A stretch of DNA of 43,489 bases. Origin: a virus (taxonomy: Duplodnaviria; Caudoviricetes). The translations under genes and the position numbers were made by a program. The notes beneath the pieces are model-generated. The model ran no database searches. It was not told where the DNA came from and saw nothing but the letters and a program-made list of their open reading frames with translations. Below, piece by piece: positions 43,277-43,489 of the stretch (position 1 is the stretch's first letter; each line of letters starts with the position of its first letter). The stretch spans positions 1 through 43,489 of the IMG/VR virus record IMGVR_UViG_3300037408_000257; one strand, 5' to 3'.

Positions 43277-43328
43277 TCCACAAACTGTGATGCACCTATT
43301 GCTTTTTAATCCACAATACGTGTATCTT
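43277..43328 (+). promoter_or_regulatory. Left operator pair and early promoter
   Basis: TCCACAAACTGTGAT (43277) and TCCACAATACGTGTA (43310); TTGCTT-N18-TATCTT upstream of ATG 43354. Confidence 0.7.
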
Positions 43329-43353
43329 TAGATCGTGACTAACGGAGACCGCC

Positions 43354-43489
43354 ATGAACACCAACCAAGCACTTCACCAGGTCGCTGAAATCGAGATCGA
43401 GCGCATCGAAGCGATCACTCAACGGAGCGCAGGACCACTGCGCGACATGCTCGTGCTGCATCTGGAGCAGGCGATGAGGACCGTCTACG
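43354..43489 (+). CDS. First gene of the + strand early operon, 65 aa, spans the junction and ends at 189
   Basis: GGAG RBS then ATG at 43354. Reads MNTNQALHQVAEIEIERIEA...HGGAQA*, and its stop overlaps the next ATG (ATGA at 186-189). Confidence 0.7.
   Translation, partial: MNTNQALHQVAEIEIERIEAITQRSAGPLRDMLVLHLEQAMRTVY
43363..43489 (+). repeat. 127-bp terminal overlap (copy 2)
   Basis: Identical to 1-127. Confidence 0.97.

Larger units (their letters stand above)
1..43489. mobile_element. Complete temperate siphovirus (lambda-like head, non-contractile tail), excised/circular form
   Basis: Terminase, portal, ClpP-capsid, tail tube, tape measure, integrase, cI/cro and primase are all present. 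No host genes are seen, the ends overlap, and attP is intact. Confidence 0.95.

Overview
The window is an apparently complete, circularly assembled temperate siphovirus genome of about 43.36 kb, GC-rich and probably proteobacterial. Bases 1-127 repeat at 43363-43489 and one ORF runs across that junction. The + strand carries an early operon: two Lar-like Zn fingers, a dNMP kinase, YfdP/YfdQ-like proteins, a beta sliding clamp, an HNH nuclease, a VPEID-CTERM-like peptide, and a large serine recombinase whose 3' end contains a tRNA-Met-like attP core. The - strand runs for about 33 kb from cro through lysozyme/holin, a lambda-like cos, primase-helicase and ori, terminase, a Mor-like activator, and the head and tail genes. 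A complete diversity-generating retroelement (CLec target with VR, GRNA-loop hairpin, avd, TR, RT) sits between the tail chaperone and tape-measure genes. The most unusual observations are: (1) an identical C-terminal nonapeptide with synonymous divergence shared by TerL and the adjacent Mor-like protein; (2) an integration-dependent change of the integrase C-terminus; (3) a TR that is itself an ORF coupled between avd and RT; (4) a phage-encoded exosortase-type substrate; (5) a replication module placed between cos and terS. All family assignments come from motif recognition by eye; no database searches were run.
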